Positions 8,408-18,163 of a stretch of 64,000 bases of DNA are shown here, in pieces. The translations under genes and the position numbers were made by a program. The notes under the pieces were generated by a model. The model searched no databases, was not told where the DNA came from, and saw nothing but the letters and a program-made list of their open reading frames with translations. Positions within the stretch are counted from its first letter, which is position 1. The number at the start of each line of letters is the position of its first letter. Origin of the DNA: an uncultured bacterium (GTDB lineage Bacteria; Myxococcota_A; UBA796; CAJQPC01); contig CAJQPC010000071.1 of NCBI GenBank assembly GCA_905480105.1, positions 55,594 to 119,593 on the forward strand. Reading direction: 5' to 3'.

Positions 8408-10552
8408 ATGCCTATCGCTTTTCTTCTTATTGCTTGCACGTCTCCTTCGCCAACGGACTGGAAACCCGTGGACTTACTCTCTCAAGTTGACGTCTTTGTG
8501 GGCTCGGGCGGAGATGCTTTTGGGTACGGCGGCCTGACCCCGGCAGCACAGGTACCCAACGGTCTGGTCAAAGTGGGACCGGACACCAGCGCGGAGTCCA
8601 GCCGTTTCGAGTTCCAACACACCGCCGGGTACGACTTTGATGACCCCTACGTCACGGCCTTCTCTCACTATCGACTGCCCGGAATCGGCGTGGGAGACGG
8701 AGGCGGACTCGGCGTGATGTTCGCTGGGGAGAAACAGAGTGGAGATTGGGGCGAGTACCGGGCCCCTTACGCCCGAGAGGATGAACAGGCAGCACCTGGC
8801 CGATACCGACTGGCTCTTCCCGGTTTAGGCCAGGTTGAGCTGGCAGCAGCCCAACGCGGCGCCATCCATCGCTACACCTGGGAGACCGAAGAGCACTGGC
8901 TCATGGTCCATCTGGCCCACGTGGGCGGCAGCGGCACCGTGGTAGAGGAAGGTGAACTCATACAGACTGAGAGCGGACTGGAGGGCTGGCTGCGTCTAAA
9001 TGGTGGGCTGACCGGGCGCGGGGAGCAAGGCGGCGTGCCGCTCTATTTTGTCATCGACTTCTCCCAGGCCCCGGTGGAGAGCGAGCTTAGTCTGAACGGA
9101 GAGCCCGTCGAGGGCACAGTAGGCGGTCCCGGTCTGGCCAACCTGCGCTTTGAGGGCGATAGCGTGGAGCTGCGGGTGGGCCTAAGCGTGGTCGATGTGG
9201 CCGGTGCCCGAGCCAACCTGGAGGCTGACCTGGGCGAAATGAGCCTGGAGGCGCTGCAGGACCAAGCCACCGACCAGTGGCAAGCGGTCTTTGACACTGT
9301 CCAGGTCGCCGGCGGCACAGAGGAGCAGCAGGCCATCTTCGCCTCCGCGCTTTATCACGCCCGCTCCATGCCCACTTCCTATTCAGACGTGGACGGGCGA
9401 TTCCGGGGAGTAGACTCCCAGGTTCACCCTGCACGAGAGCGTCCGTTTTACAGCGACTTTAGCGGCTGGGACACCTATCGAACACTGCACCCTTGGGTGA
9501 TCTGGGTGTGGCCAGACTTGGGCACCGACTTGGCGTCCGCCATCGCGGACATGGGTCAGCAGCTGGGCTACCACCCCCGCTGGCCAGCCGGCACCACCGA
9601 GGCCGGGTCAATGGTGGGCTCCCCGCTGGAGATCGTGCTCGCCGAGTCAGCCCTGAAGGGCCTGGACTTTGAAGGGCAGGATGCCGCCTTTGAGTTGTGT
9701 GTACAACATAGCTTTGATGGCGACTTAGACGGCCAGCGGCGCCACAGCCTTCAGGACTACATCGACTATGGCTACATCCCCGTGGAGAGTGAAGATGGGA
9801 GCGTCTCCAAGACACAGGAGATGGCCATTGTGGACCACGCCATAGGGGCCTGGGCTGCTCAGCGCGGGGACACCAACGCCCAGGCCTTGTTGGCCCGTTC
9901 GGGCAACTTTGCCAACGTGCACGACCCCGACAGCAACATGGCCGCTGGCCGCATGGCTGACGGGAGTTTTATGGAGCCTGGGTTGGAGGGCTGGCCGGAT
10001 GAGTACGTCGAGGGCAACACCTACCAGTACACCTGGCTAGCGCCCCATGACGCAGCGGGCTTGGCTCAGGCCTTTGGTGGAAACCAGATCGCCGTGACCA
10101 AGCTGACGGAGCTCTTTGAACTCAGCGACGCCGCACCCGACACGGACTTTCCCGACCCCTATTATTGGCACGGGAACGAACCCGATCTACACGCCGCCTT
10201 TCTCTTTGCCGAATGGGGAAGACCTGAGCTGACCCAAGAGTGGGTGGGCTGGATTCAGGAACGCCGCTACGCCCTGGACTCGACTGGTTTGGACGGAAAC
10301 GACGATGGCGGCACGTTGAGCGCTTGGTACCTGTTTGCAGCTGTGGGCCTGTACCCGCTGAACGGCACGGACCGCTATGTGCTGACGGCGCCGCTGTTTG
10401 ACCATGTGCGAATCGGTGGCTTAGAGATTGGGGTCATGGGCCAGGGAGAGATTCAAGGGGTCATTGTCGACGGCGAGGTCTGGGAGGGGTGGACGATCTC
10501 GCACGGAGAGTTGATCCGTGCGGAGAACTTGGTGTTTGTGCTGGGAGGGTGA
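8408..10552 (+). CDS. GH92 family alpha-mannosidase (lipoprotein)
   Basis: 714 aa with lipobox FLLIAC. GH92-like blocks GYDFDDPYVTAFSHYRLPGIG, GNTYQYTWLAPHD and YYWHGNEPDLHAAFLF. Confidence 0.85.
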   Translation: MPIAFLLIACTSPSPTDWKPVDLLSQVDVFVGSGGDAFGYGGLTPAAQVPNGLVKVGPDTSAESSRFEFQHTAGYDFDDPYVTAFSHYRLPGIGVGDGGGLGVMFAGEKQSGDWGEYRAPYAREDEQAAPGRYRLALPGLGQVELAAAQRGAIHRYTWETEEHWLMVHLAHVGGSGTVVEEGELIQTESGLEGWLRLNGGLTGRGEQGGVPLYFVIDFSQAPVESELSLNGEPVEGTVGGPGLANLRFEGDSVELRVGLSVVDVAGARANLEADLGEMSLEALQDQATDQWQAVFDTVQVAGGTEEQQAIFASALYHARSMPTSYSDVDGRFRGVDSQVHPARERPFYSDFSGWDTYRTLHPWVIWVWPDLGTDLASAIADMGQQLGYHPRWPAGTTEAGSMVGSPLEIVLAESALKGLDFEGQDAAFELCVQHSFDGDLDGQRRHSLQDYIDYGYIPVESEDGSVSKTQEMAIVDHAIGAWAAQRGDTNAQALLARSGNFANVHDPDSNMAAGRMADGSFMEPGLEGWPDEYVEGNTYQYTWLAPHDAAGLAQAFGGNQIAVTKLTELFELSDAAPDTDFPDPYYWHGNEPDLHAAFLFAEWGRPELTQEWVGWIQERRYALDSTGLDGNDDGGTLSAWYLFAAVGLYPLNGTDRYVLTAPLFDHVRIGGLEIGVMGQGEIQGVIVDGEVWEGWTISHGELIRAENLVFVLGG

Positions 10553-10716
10553 GCTTTCGGGTCGTGCTGCGCTCCAATCAACGGGTTCCACCCTGACTCA
10601 CGTACCGGATTACTGACCCAGCACCCGGGCAACAGGGAGACACAGCGTGATGTACACCCCAGAGTCCAGGCGAACGCAATAGACCACCCCCACCCCTCTT
10701 GTACCCAGGAGCACCA

Positions 10717-11163
10717 ATGGGCTTCCGCTCGTCGATCAAGTCTGCAGTAAAGCGTGCCCTGGGCATGGAGCACCAGGCCAAGTCCACTCCTGTGGCGCGC
10801 ACCCCGCCGGTTCCACCACAGGATCAGGACAACGCCGCGAGTTTAGCGAACATTGAGTGTGACGCACAGGAGCTCAAAGAGCGCCTGGAAGCTGGAGAAG
10901 AGATCGTCATTGTAGATGTACGCACGGACGGCGAGGTGGCCGGCGGCATGCTTGCAGGTGCACTTCACATTCCTCTCCAACAACTGGAAGCGCGCTGGAA
11001 GGAAGTGGAAGACGCCAACGAGATCGTCTGCTATTGCGCGGCCGGAATGCGGTCCCTGCGGGCGGCGGAGCTGCTGCGAAGCAAAGGCTGCATCAACGCG
11101 ACCTCGCTGGCGGGAGGACTGCCAAGCTGGACGGACATTGGTGGGAAGATCGCGAAGGCTTAG
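10717..11163 (+). CDS. rhodanese-like sulfurtransferase domain protein
   Basis: AGGAG lies 5 nt upstream of ATG 10717. Rhodanese core VIVDVRT..., with active-site Cys loop CYCAAGMRS. Confidence 0.8.
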   Translation: MGFRSSIKSAVKRALGMEHQAKSTPVARTPPVPPQDQDNAASLANIECDAQELKERLEAGEEIVIVDVRTDGEVAGGMLAGALHIPLQQLEARWKEVEDANEIVCYCAAGMRSLRAAELLRSKGCINATSLAGGLPSWTDIGGKIAKA

Positions 11164-11204
11164 ACCTTCCCGAGAAGAGACCCGCCGAAAAACAACCCAG
11201 GCAG

Positions 11205-11235
11205 CCCGAGCGGACTGCCGTGGTCCGAACTCGGG
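11205..11235. terminator. hairpin between convergent genes (possible bidirectional terminator)
   Basis: CCCGAG-CGGAC tgccgtg GTCCG-aa-CTCGGG gives 11 bp of pairing. No clear U-tract. Confidence 0.35.
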
Positions 11236-11251
11236 CCCAGGCCCCTGCGGT

Positions 11252-11536
11252 TCAGCTGTTCTCCGTGAACTTGCCGAACTCCCGGCGGTTGAGCCACTCG
11301 GGAAAGCCGTTGCCAAGTCCGCGGCCGGCCCAGTTGCGAGAGACGCGGCCCACGAAGAGCTTGTCCCCGTCTTTCATCTTCTCGCCGAGCATGTCCCGCA
11401 CCTTGCGGGGGCCCAGTGGGCTTTCCAGCAGCCAGGCACCAGGAATGCGATTGGACCAATTACCCAAGGTCTTGAGTTCCGCTTCGAACTCTGGGTTCTC
11501 GCCGTTGGCGAATGAGAAGGTGACAAGCAACATCAT
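11252..11536 (-). CDS. small hypothetical protein (94 aa)
   Basis: ORF trimmed to the ATG at 11536, which is preceded by GAGGAG with a 7-nt spacer. Begins MMLLVTFSFANGE. No family recognised. Confidence 0.55.
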   Translation of the reverse strand: MMLLVTFSFANGENPEFEAELKTLGNWSNRIPGAWLLESPLGPRKVRDMLGEKMKDGDKLFVGRVSRNWAGRGLGNGFPEWLNRREFGKFTENS

Positions 11537-11652
11537 GATAGAACTCCTCTGGTGCGGCGTCTTAGCACGCTGAGCACGGAGAGGAGTGACTGCACCCAAA
11601 CGTGGGTTTCGGTCCACCCCATGTAGACTGCGTGCCATGTCTTGGAGATGGA

Positions 11653-12039
11653 GTGCAGCGCCCAGTGGAGTTGATTCTTGCGCGCCAATGGTGCGCACTA
11701 CTGACGACCCCAGTGTTGCTCTTTGAACCGGACGGAACGCTGGTTTATTTCAACGAGGCTGCGGCAGCACTGCTTGGCCGGACCTATGGCGAGTCCGGAG
11801 GGCTGACCCGCGCCGTGTGGCAGGCGGCCTTTCGCATGGAAGACACTCTGGGGGCGTCACTGAGTCAGGACGACAACCCTTTGGCGCGTGCCTTGGACGA
11901 TGGGATACCCGCCCAAGCGCAAGTCGTTCTTCGTGGCATGGATGGCGAGCTACGCACCCTGCAGGTGACCTCGGTTCCCTTGGGAAGTCTGAGCCAAGCC
12001 AAGCTTGGGATCATGGCCTTGCTGCATGAGGTGCGCTGA
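11653..12039 (+). CDS. PAS domain protein
   Basis: GTG 11653 is preceded by GGAG (11644-11647). PAS-like LLFEPDGTLVYFNEAAAALLG... core. Its stop abuts the next start (TGA-GTG at 12037-12042). Confidence 0.6.
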   Translation: MQRPVELILARQWCALLTTPVLLFEPDGTLVYFNEAAAALLGRTYGESGGLTRAVWQAAFRMEDTLGASLSQDDNPLARALDDGIPAQAQVVLRGMDGELRTLQVTSVPLGSLSQAKLGIMALLHEVR

Positions 12040-12861
12040 GTGGAACTGACTTTCTACGGGGTGCGCGGGTCCTTCCCCAGCCCAGGCCGGGACTTTGTTC
12101 GCTACGGCGGCAACACCTCGTCGGCCATCTTGCGTCACGAAGGACACCTGCTCCTCCTGGACGCGGGCACCGGCATCGTGCGCGCCGGAGAGATTGAAGC
12201 GTGCCACAACCAACGTATCGATATCCTTCTTACGCATCTGCACATGGACCACGTGCAGGGCCTGGGGTTCTTCGGACCGCTCTTCCACCCTGGCCGGGAC
12301 GTGCACATCTGGGGACCGCCCAGCACCACACGCAGCCTTCGCAAGCGCCTGGGCCGCTACCTGTCCCCGCCCCTGTTTCCCGTTCACTTCAACGAGCTGC
12401 CAGCCAAGGTGGTCTGCCACGACGCCAGCTGGGACCGCTGGGAAATCGGCCCCTTCGCGGTCAACGCACAGCTCATCACCCACCCGGGCCCAACCTTGGG
12501 CTTTCGCATCCAGGCGGCCGGAAAGGTGGTGGCCTTCCTTCCCGACCACGAGCCGCAGCTGGGCTGCAAGGACCTACCCGCCGGACCTTGGCTCAGCGGC
12601 AGTGCCTTGGCGCAGAATGCCGACGTGCTGATTCACGACGCACAGTACACCCAGAAGGAGTATGAGACGCGGGTGGGCTGGGGCCACTGTACCCCGGAGG
12701 TGGCGCTGGACTATGCCCGAAAAGTGGGTGCCAAACGCCTGATCTTGGACAGTCATGAGCCCACTCGCACCGATGCGGAACTCGACGCATCCGTCGCGCG
12801 GCTGACCACCCAAGAGCTGCCTGTCCTGGCTGCAGCAGAAGGGCGTGTCTACACGGTCTAA
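12040..12861 (+). CDS. MBL-fold metallo-hydrolase
   Basis: HxHxDH motif LLTHLHMDHVQG. 273 aa, GTG start. Confidence 0.8.
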   Translation: MELTFYGVRGSFPSPGRDFVRYGGNTSSAILRHEGHLLLLDAGTGIVRAGEIEACHNQRIDILLTHLHMDHVQGLGFFGPLFHPGRDVHIWGPPSTTRSLRKRLGRYLSPPLFPVHFNELPAKVVCHDASWDRWEIGPFAVNAQLITHPGPTLGFRIQAAGKVVAFLPDHEPQLGCKDLPAGPWLSGSALAQNADVLIHDAQYTQKEYETRVGWGHCTPEVALDYARKVGAKRLILDSHEPTRTDAELDASVARLTTQELPVLAAAEGRVYTV

Positions 12862-12908
12862 GAGACGCGGGAGTGCGGAGAGAACCGCGGTCGGCTACCG
12901 TGGGTCCC

Positions 12909-14786
12909 ATGACGCTTCTACTTGCCCTGGCCTGTGCAAACGGCCCCGCTGCTCTGGTCGCTCCCGACCGCTCAGAGCATCTCTTGGACCGGCCCTTCCC
13001 CAGCGAAGAGCTGATGGACGAAGACGGCACCATCGACCTGTCCGCGTTCCCGGAGTCCGGCACTGAGCTGGGAACGACGATGACCCAGGGATGGGCCCGC
13101 ATGGCCGGTGAGACGAGCCACGGTTTCTCTCACCTGGGCGCCATCAGCTTTCGCTTTGAGGGTCCCATCGAAGGCCTAGAGGAGCGCTACGAGGGCTTGG
13201 AAGACGACCCCATCCAGCTCATCAGTCTAGACTCGGGCGAGCGACACCCCCTCTGGGTGAAGTTCGTCGAAGACCCGAAGGGCGACCCCTTCCTACGAGA
13301 AAACACCCTGCTCATCGCGCCCGACCCCACGGCTCCCCTGCGCTCCGGTGAACGCTACATGGCCTTTGTAGACAAGAGCTTGGCTCAATCCCCACAGGAC
13401 TATGCGCTACCCGAAGAGGCCCCCAAGCAAGCCGTGGTGGCGACCATTTTCCCAGTACAGGACAGCCTGGGTCAGCTCGAGACCTTGATGGCGGCCACAG
13501 ATGCGGCCCTGGATGCCGATCCCTCCCTTTTGGAGGCGGTCTCCCTGCGCCGAGTCAGCTCCTTGGACTACAGCATCGGTGAGACCCCGTCCGGAAAAGA
13601 GGCCACCGTCGTGACGGTCACTTTTGAAAATGGCGAGACGGAGCTGACCTACCTGGACAACTACGTGGACCTGCAGGAGCAGTCTCTGGACCTACAGGAC
13701 TGGCCGATGGCCGTCTACCAGGCAGAGATTCAGACTCTGGCTTTTCAAGACCTGAGCGCGCAGCCCTATGCCAAGCCTGGGGTGGGGCTGATCTCAGACT
13801 TTAATCGCAGCGGCGATGGCTGGATCGACTTTGATGCGGATGGCGCGCTGATCCGCGACCCGGTCCCCGAGTCCATGCGCATCGTGATCCAGGTACCCAA
13901 GGACAGCGCCACGAAACGTCCGGTAATGACCTGGGACCACGGCACCGGAGGACACGCCTACAACGCCGTGCGCCGCGCCATCAGCGGCTCCAAGGCAGAG
14001 GATGTCTCGCAGGCACTGGCCGACGCGGGCGCCGTGGTGGTCAGCCGCGACCAGCCGCTCTATGGCGCGCGCTACCCCCTGATCGACCAAGGCTTTGATG
14101 CATCCTTGGGTTTCTACAATATCGGCAACTTGCCCGCCTTCCGCGACAACCAACGCCAGGCGGGCGTGGACCACAGAGTCCTACAGCGATTCTGTGAGGA
14201 GCAGCTCCCAGCCCTGTTTGACACCGACCCCCAGCGCATCGGCGCCTTCGGACACAGTTTGGGCAGCGTGACCCTGCACATTGCTTTGGCCGGCCAACAA
14301 GGCACCGGCGCGTCAGCGGCCCTGGTCTCAGGAACAGGTGGTTACTTCACCTACTACATTCTCGAGACCGGGCTGCTCGGCACCAGCAACGATGTTGTGG
14401 GGCTCATCGCCCCACTGATCGGCGTAGATGAGACCACACTGGCCAGCGCACAGGCATCCGAGCTCATCGCAGCGCTCGTTGGCGTACCCGAGAGCGGCTG
14501 GGAGCACATGGACCGCTTCCACCCCGTGATGGGCCTCTTCCAGACCATCATGGACCCCAGTGACCCGCTGGCGCTGGCACCAACGCAAGTGGTGCCAGAG
14601 ACCATTGTGTTGGGTGTGGGGGATCTACAGGTTCCGAATCTGACCACGGAGTGGCTGCAGGACACGCTGCCGGACGCGGAGACCGTGGTCTGTACACCCA
14701 GCAGCGACGACTATGATCCCCACACGTGTACGTATGTGGAAGCCGTCGGGATTGAGAGCTTTTACGAGTTTATGGTGGGCTTGTAG
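12909..14786 (+). CDS. secreted lipoprotein, alpha/beta-hydrolase-like
   Basis: ATG 12909 gives the lipobox signal MTLLLALAC. C-terminal half carries a nucleophile-elbow GHSLG. Confidence 0.6.
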   Translation: MTLLLALACANGPAALVAPDRSEHLLDRPFPSEELMDEDGTIDLSAFPESGTELGTTMTQGWARMAGETSHGFSHLGAISFRFEGPIEGLEERYEGLEDDPIQLISLDSGERHPLWVKFVEDPKGDPFLRENTLLIAPDPTAPLRSGERYMAFVDKSLAQSPQDYALPEEAPKQAVVATIFPVQDSLGQLETLMAATDAALDADPSLLEAVSLRRVSSLDYSIGETPSGKEATVVTVTFENGETELTYLDNYVDLQEQSLDLQDWPMAVYQAEIQTLAFQDLSAQPYAKPGVGLISDFNRSGDGWIDFDADGALIRDPVPESMRIVIQVPKDSATKRPVMTWDHGTGGHAYNAVRRAISGSKAEDVSQALADAGAVVVSRDQPLYGARYPLIDQGFDASLGFYNIGNLPAFRDNQRQAGVDHRVLQRFCEEQLPALFDTDPQRIGAFGHSLGSVTLHIALAGQQGTGASAALVSGTGGYFTYYILETGLLGTSNDVVGLIAPLIGVDETTLASAQASELIAALVGVPESGWEHMDRFHPVMGLFQTIMDPSDPLALAPTQVVPETIVLGVGDLQVPNLTTEWLQDTLPDAETVVCTPSSDDYDPHTCTYVEAVGIESFYEFMVGL

Positions 14787-14886
14787 AGGCCACATGGCCA
14801 GCGCTTGGTCGGTGTGGACCCGCTCGTAAGAGCCCGTCCAACACATCTGACCCAGTCAGCGCATGGTCCATGCTTTGCTACCCGAC

Positions 14887-16035
14887 CTACTGCTCGGAGT
14901 TCGGCACACCGTAGACAGCGCCTACGTATGGGCCATTCAGGAAGAGCTCAGGGTCCAACTCGCTCTGGAGCAGAGTGCCCTTGTACTCGTCGGTGAGCAG
15001 CAGGCGGGCACACTCGGCCAAGCCAGCGGCCGTGGTGGACTGAATGGCGCGCAGGGTCTGGCCGCCGAAGGCCTCGGGCAGCACCATGTAGGCAGCATCC
15101 AAGCGATGACGGCGGTTGGTAGAACCTTGACCTTCGACGGATGCATAGACAACAACCACGTCGTCTTCCATCTCGGGGATTGTGCCCTGCATCATGTCCT
15201 GGAGCTTGTTGATGCGGTCCGGATCGCTGCCGAACTTCGCCAGTTCCTTCTTGACCCAAGCCCAGTGACCTGGGTAGCGCAGGGTCTTGTAGTCCAGGTC
15301 GCGAGCCCGGCCAGCCAGAGCTTCGGGCAGGTCGGCGGCGCCGCCAGAGGTGGTTGCCTCCTCGTACGCCAGTCCGTCGATGAGCAAGGTCTCCACCTGC
15401 TCCAGGGAGTCCACCAGGACCGTCTCGTAGTCGCGAACGACCTCGGCCTGCTTGACGTACTCGGTCGCCACGCCAATCGGGCTCCAGGTAAATCCGTAGA
15501 AGTGAGGGGCCTCGGCGTTCTGGGTCAGGGCGCCAACGCGCATCTTGACCACGTCGACCTTGTCCACGCTGTAGCGCTCGCAGAAGTCGTTGAAGAGGCG
15601 CATGGCCAGCACGTTGATCATGCCGGGGGCTAGGCCACACTGCAGCGCAAATCCGGTCTTTGCGTCCTTGGCCATCTCCATGATCTGCTTGGTCTCGGCC
15701 ACGTACTCGGTCAGGTTCGCGTAGTGCAAGCCATGCTCCAGGGCCCAACCGGCAACACGAGGGGCCTGGCCACCGGGCAGGCAGTCCAGGACCAAGTCGC
15801 AGCCTGCGAGAGCCTTCGCCAGCTCGTCGGTCATGCCCTTCAGCGGAATCTTGATGGCCTGGACGCTTCCTGGGGCCTGGCTGTCCTGCTCGATGAACGC
15901 CACAGCGCTCTCGGCCTGCTCCATGTAGGCATCGCCCAGGATGAGGTCGACCTGAAGCTCGCCGAGCTCCCGCAGCAAGAGACCAACTGCACGACCGATA
16001 CCGCCGCTGCCGGCAATGAAGACACGCTTACTCAT
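14887..16035 (-). CDS. saccharopine dehydrogenase family NAD(P)-dependent oxidoreductase
   Basis: N-terminal Rossmann motif VFIAGSGGIGRAVG. 382 aa with the overall Sacchrp_dh-like architecture. Confidence 0.75.
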   Translation of the reverse strand: MSKRVFIAGSGGIGRAVGLLLRELGELQVDLILGDAYMEQAESAVAFIEQDSQAPGSVQAIKIPLKGMTDELAKALAGCDLVLDCLPGGQAPRVAGWALEHGLHYANLTEYVAETKQIMEMAKDAKTGFALQCGLAPGMINVLAMRLFNDFCERYSVDKVDVVKMRVGALTQNAEAPHFYGFTWSPIGVATEYVKQAEVVRDYETVLVDSLEQVETLLIDGLAYEEATTSGGAADLPEALAGRARDLDYKTLRYPGHWAWVKKELAKFGSDPDRINKLQDMMQGTIPEMEDDVVVVYASVEGQGSTNRRHRLDAAYMVLPEAFGGQTLRAIQSTTAAGLAECARLLLTDEYKGTLLQSELDPELFLNGPYVGAVYGVPNSEQ

Positions 16036-16082
16036 GGGAGACCGTCCTGGTAGAAGATGGCCGCCCTATAGCGGGCTTGCCT

Positions 16083-16826
16083 TTACTCCTCCAGCAGGGC
16101 TTGTACGCCAGGCGGGGCCTTAAAGTCTGGGAGCTCCTGTGGATCCTGCTCAAAGGTGTCGAGCGTGGCGACCATAAGCAAGGTCAGCATTGTCGTTTCG
16201 GTAACAGCAGGCATGGCGATTCCATCCACGACCTGCCAGTCACGCATGACGCTTTGCTGACGAATCTTCCCCATCGGCGTGGGCACTTTTCCGCTCGTCC
16301 CGATGTTCACGCCTGTATTCACCAGAAAGAAGATTTTGGTGGGCTCGTCATAGGCGATCGGGGTGGCAGTGACCTGCCAACAGGCCTGGTCGTCAAAGAC
16401 CTTGAGACCGTTGACCGTGGCGTCCCGGTAGGTCTCGGTCATGGACAGGTTGCCCATCCCCATCAGCTTGATCGGCCCGAGCTCCTCCTCGGTCAGGAGG
16501 CGGGGGCCTTGGTTGGGGTCGATCTCCCAGCCGTACTGCCCGGTCCAGCCGGAGGTGCTCTCGCCCATCCCTTGGATAAAGCTGCGGGTATAGACCTGTC
16601 CCTGGTGCGTCCAGATCTCGATCTCGCCGGTCAAGCCTTGGGCTGGGGCCGAGATCAACTGCTTCATGTAGAAGTCATCCGAGGTGGCCTTGTCTCCTCC
16701 AACGAATGCCTCGTGGGCGGCAACGAGCTGCTCAAAGCTGGGGTAGTCCTGGGGCGCGATGTCCGGCAACTCCACACCATTGGGGTTCCGGCGGCCGGCA
16801 CACGCGAGCATCAAGAGCAGGGTCAT
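16083..16826 (-). CDS. hypothetical lipoprotein
   Basis: ATG 16826 gives the signal MTLLLMLAC. ATGA overlap with the upstream S41 peptidase stop (16823-16826). Confidence 0.6.
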   Translation of the reverse strand: MTLLLMLACAGRRNPNGVELPDIAPQDYPSFEQLVAAHEAFVGGDKATSDDFYMKQLISAPAQGLTGEIEIWTHQGQVYTRSFIQGMGESTSGWTGQYGWEIDPNQGPRLLTEEELGPIKLMGMGNLSMTETYRDATVNGLKVFDDQACWQVTATPIAYDEPTKIFFLVNTGVNIGTSGKVPTPMGKIRQQSVMRDWQVVDGIAMPAVTETTMLTLLMVATLDTFEQDPQELPDFKAPPGVQALLEE

Positions 16827-18148
16827 TCGCAGTCCTCCAAGATCCAACACACAGCGGCGTCCAAGGCGTCATCCTTTCCAAGCGCTAACGCTTCGGCGTT
16901 CCGGGGCACGATGACGTCGGGGGTCACGCCCACGCCCTCGATGCGCAGCCCAGTGGGGCCCACCAAATCCGCGAGCACGTACTGCAAGCGGTCGCCGTTG
17001 GGCAAAATATCCACGGTGCTGGGCAGGCAAGCACCAGTGGTCGGGGTTCCAAAGACGCGGCCTCTGCCGGTGGCTTGCAGGCCGTGGGCCAGGATCTCCG
17101 AGCTCGAGTAGGACAGCTCGTCTACCAGGATGGCCACTGGGCCATGGATACGCTGGTCCGGAGGCCGGGGAAAGACGGTCAGGTTCAGATCGGCGTCCCG
17201 GGAGATCATGGTGCCCAGAGAACTGCGCTCGTCCACCAAGTAGCCAGCCAGGCCGCTGGCAATGGCAATCACCCCACCTGGATTTCCCCGCAGATCGAAG
17301 ATCACGCCAGGAGCACCCTCCAGGGCCAACTCCGTCAACGCCGCCTCTGCTGCTGGAGCCACGGGCGGCATAAAGACGTTGAAGCGCAGCACCCCCACAC
17401 CGCCCCGAACCCGGGCCAGCTCAAATTCGGTGCGGATCGGCGGCATAAAGCCCACCTGAACCATCTCGCCGACCAAGGCCTGTCGCTCCAGACTAAAGAC
17501 CTGGCCCTCTCCGTCTGGGCTTCGGGCCGAGAGGGAGAGGGAAGAGGAAGCACTTCCTAAGAACGCATGCGATGCGGCCCGCACCATGGCCCCTTGGTCC
17601 TGAGCGGAGTCGGGATCAACCTCTGCTGCCTGCAAGGCCACGTCCGTCTCACCGATGCTCAGGACCACCCAGCCCGCCTTGATACCGGACTGATCCGCGC
17701 TGCTCCCGCCACGCACCCGGGTGACCACCATCTCGCCGTCGATGTAGCGCACCTCCAAGCCCACATCTGCGGTGAACGTCTGGGCGACTGCGCCATCGAT
17801 GCCCATCCCCACCCTGGGATGGGCAGGGGTCTGCGCGAGCTCCGACTCCTCGTCCTGGGCTCCGGCGAAGACCGCGAAGTGACTGACCTTGAGTCTGGAG
17901 ATCATGTCGTTGAGCACGGGCCGGAGCACATCCGCTGAGCGCGCGCGTTTTGCCTGGGGATAGAGCTCGTCATGAACCCCTTGCCAGTCCAAGCCGTCCA
18001 TATCGGGGTCGGGGTAGACCGCGCCGACCCGCTCCCACACGTAGTCGAAGGTCTCCATCTGGAGCTGGGCCCCTCCTCTTCTGGAGGAGGCGCGGCGTTC
18101 CATGGGAAGGCAAGAGACGAGGAAGACCAGGATTGGGACAAGCGGCAT
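16823..18148 (-). CDS. S41 family peptidase with PDZ-like domain (lipoprotein)
   Basis: Lipobox FLVSC. S41 blocks DLRGNPGGVI and PVAILVDELSYSSSEILA. Confidence 0.8.
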   Translation of the reverse strand: MPLVPILVFLVSCLPMERRASSRRGGAQLQMETFDYVWERVGAVYPDPDMDGLDWQGVHDELYPQAKRARSADVLRPVLNDMISRLKVSHFAVFAGAQDEESELAQTPAHPRVGMGIDGAVAQTFTADVGLEVRYIDGEMVVTRVRGGSSADQSGIKAGWVVLSIGETDVALQAAEVDPDSAQDQGAMVRAASHAFLGSASSSLSLSARSPDGEGQVFSLERQALVGEMVQVGFMPPIRTEFELARVRGGVGVLRFNVFMPPVAPAAEAALTELALEGAPGVIFDLRGNPGGVIAIASGLAGYLVDERSSLGTMISRDADLNLTVFPRPPDQRIHGPVAILVDELSYSSSEILAHGLQATGRGRVFGTPTTGACLPSTVDILPNGDRLQYVLADLVGPTGLRIEGVGVTPDVIVPRNAEALALGKDDALDAAVCWILEDCE

Positions 18149-18163
18149 TCCAGAGGACTATCC

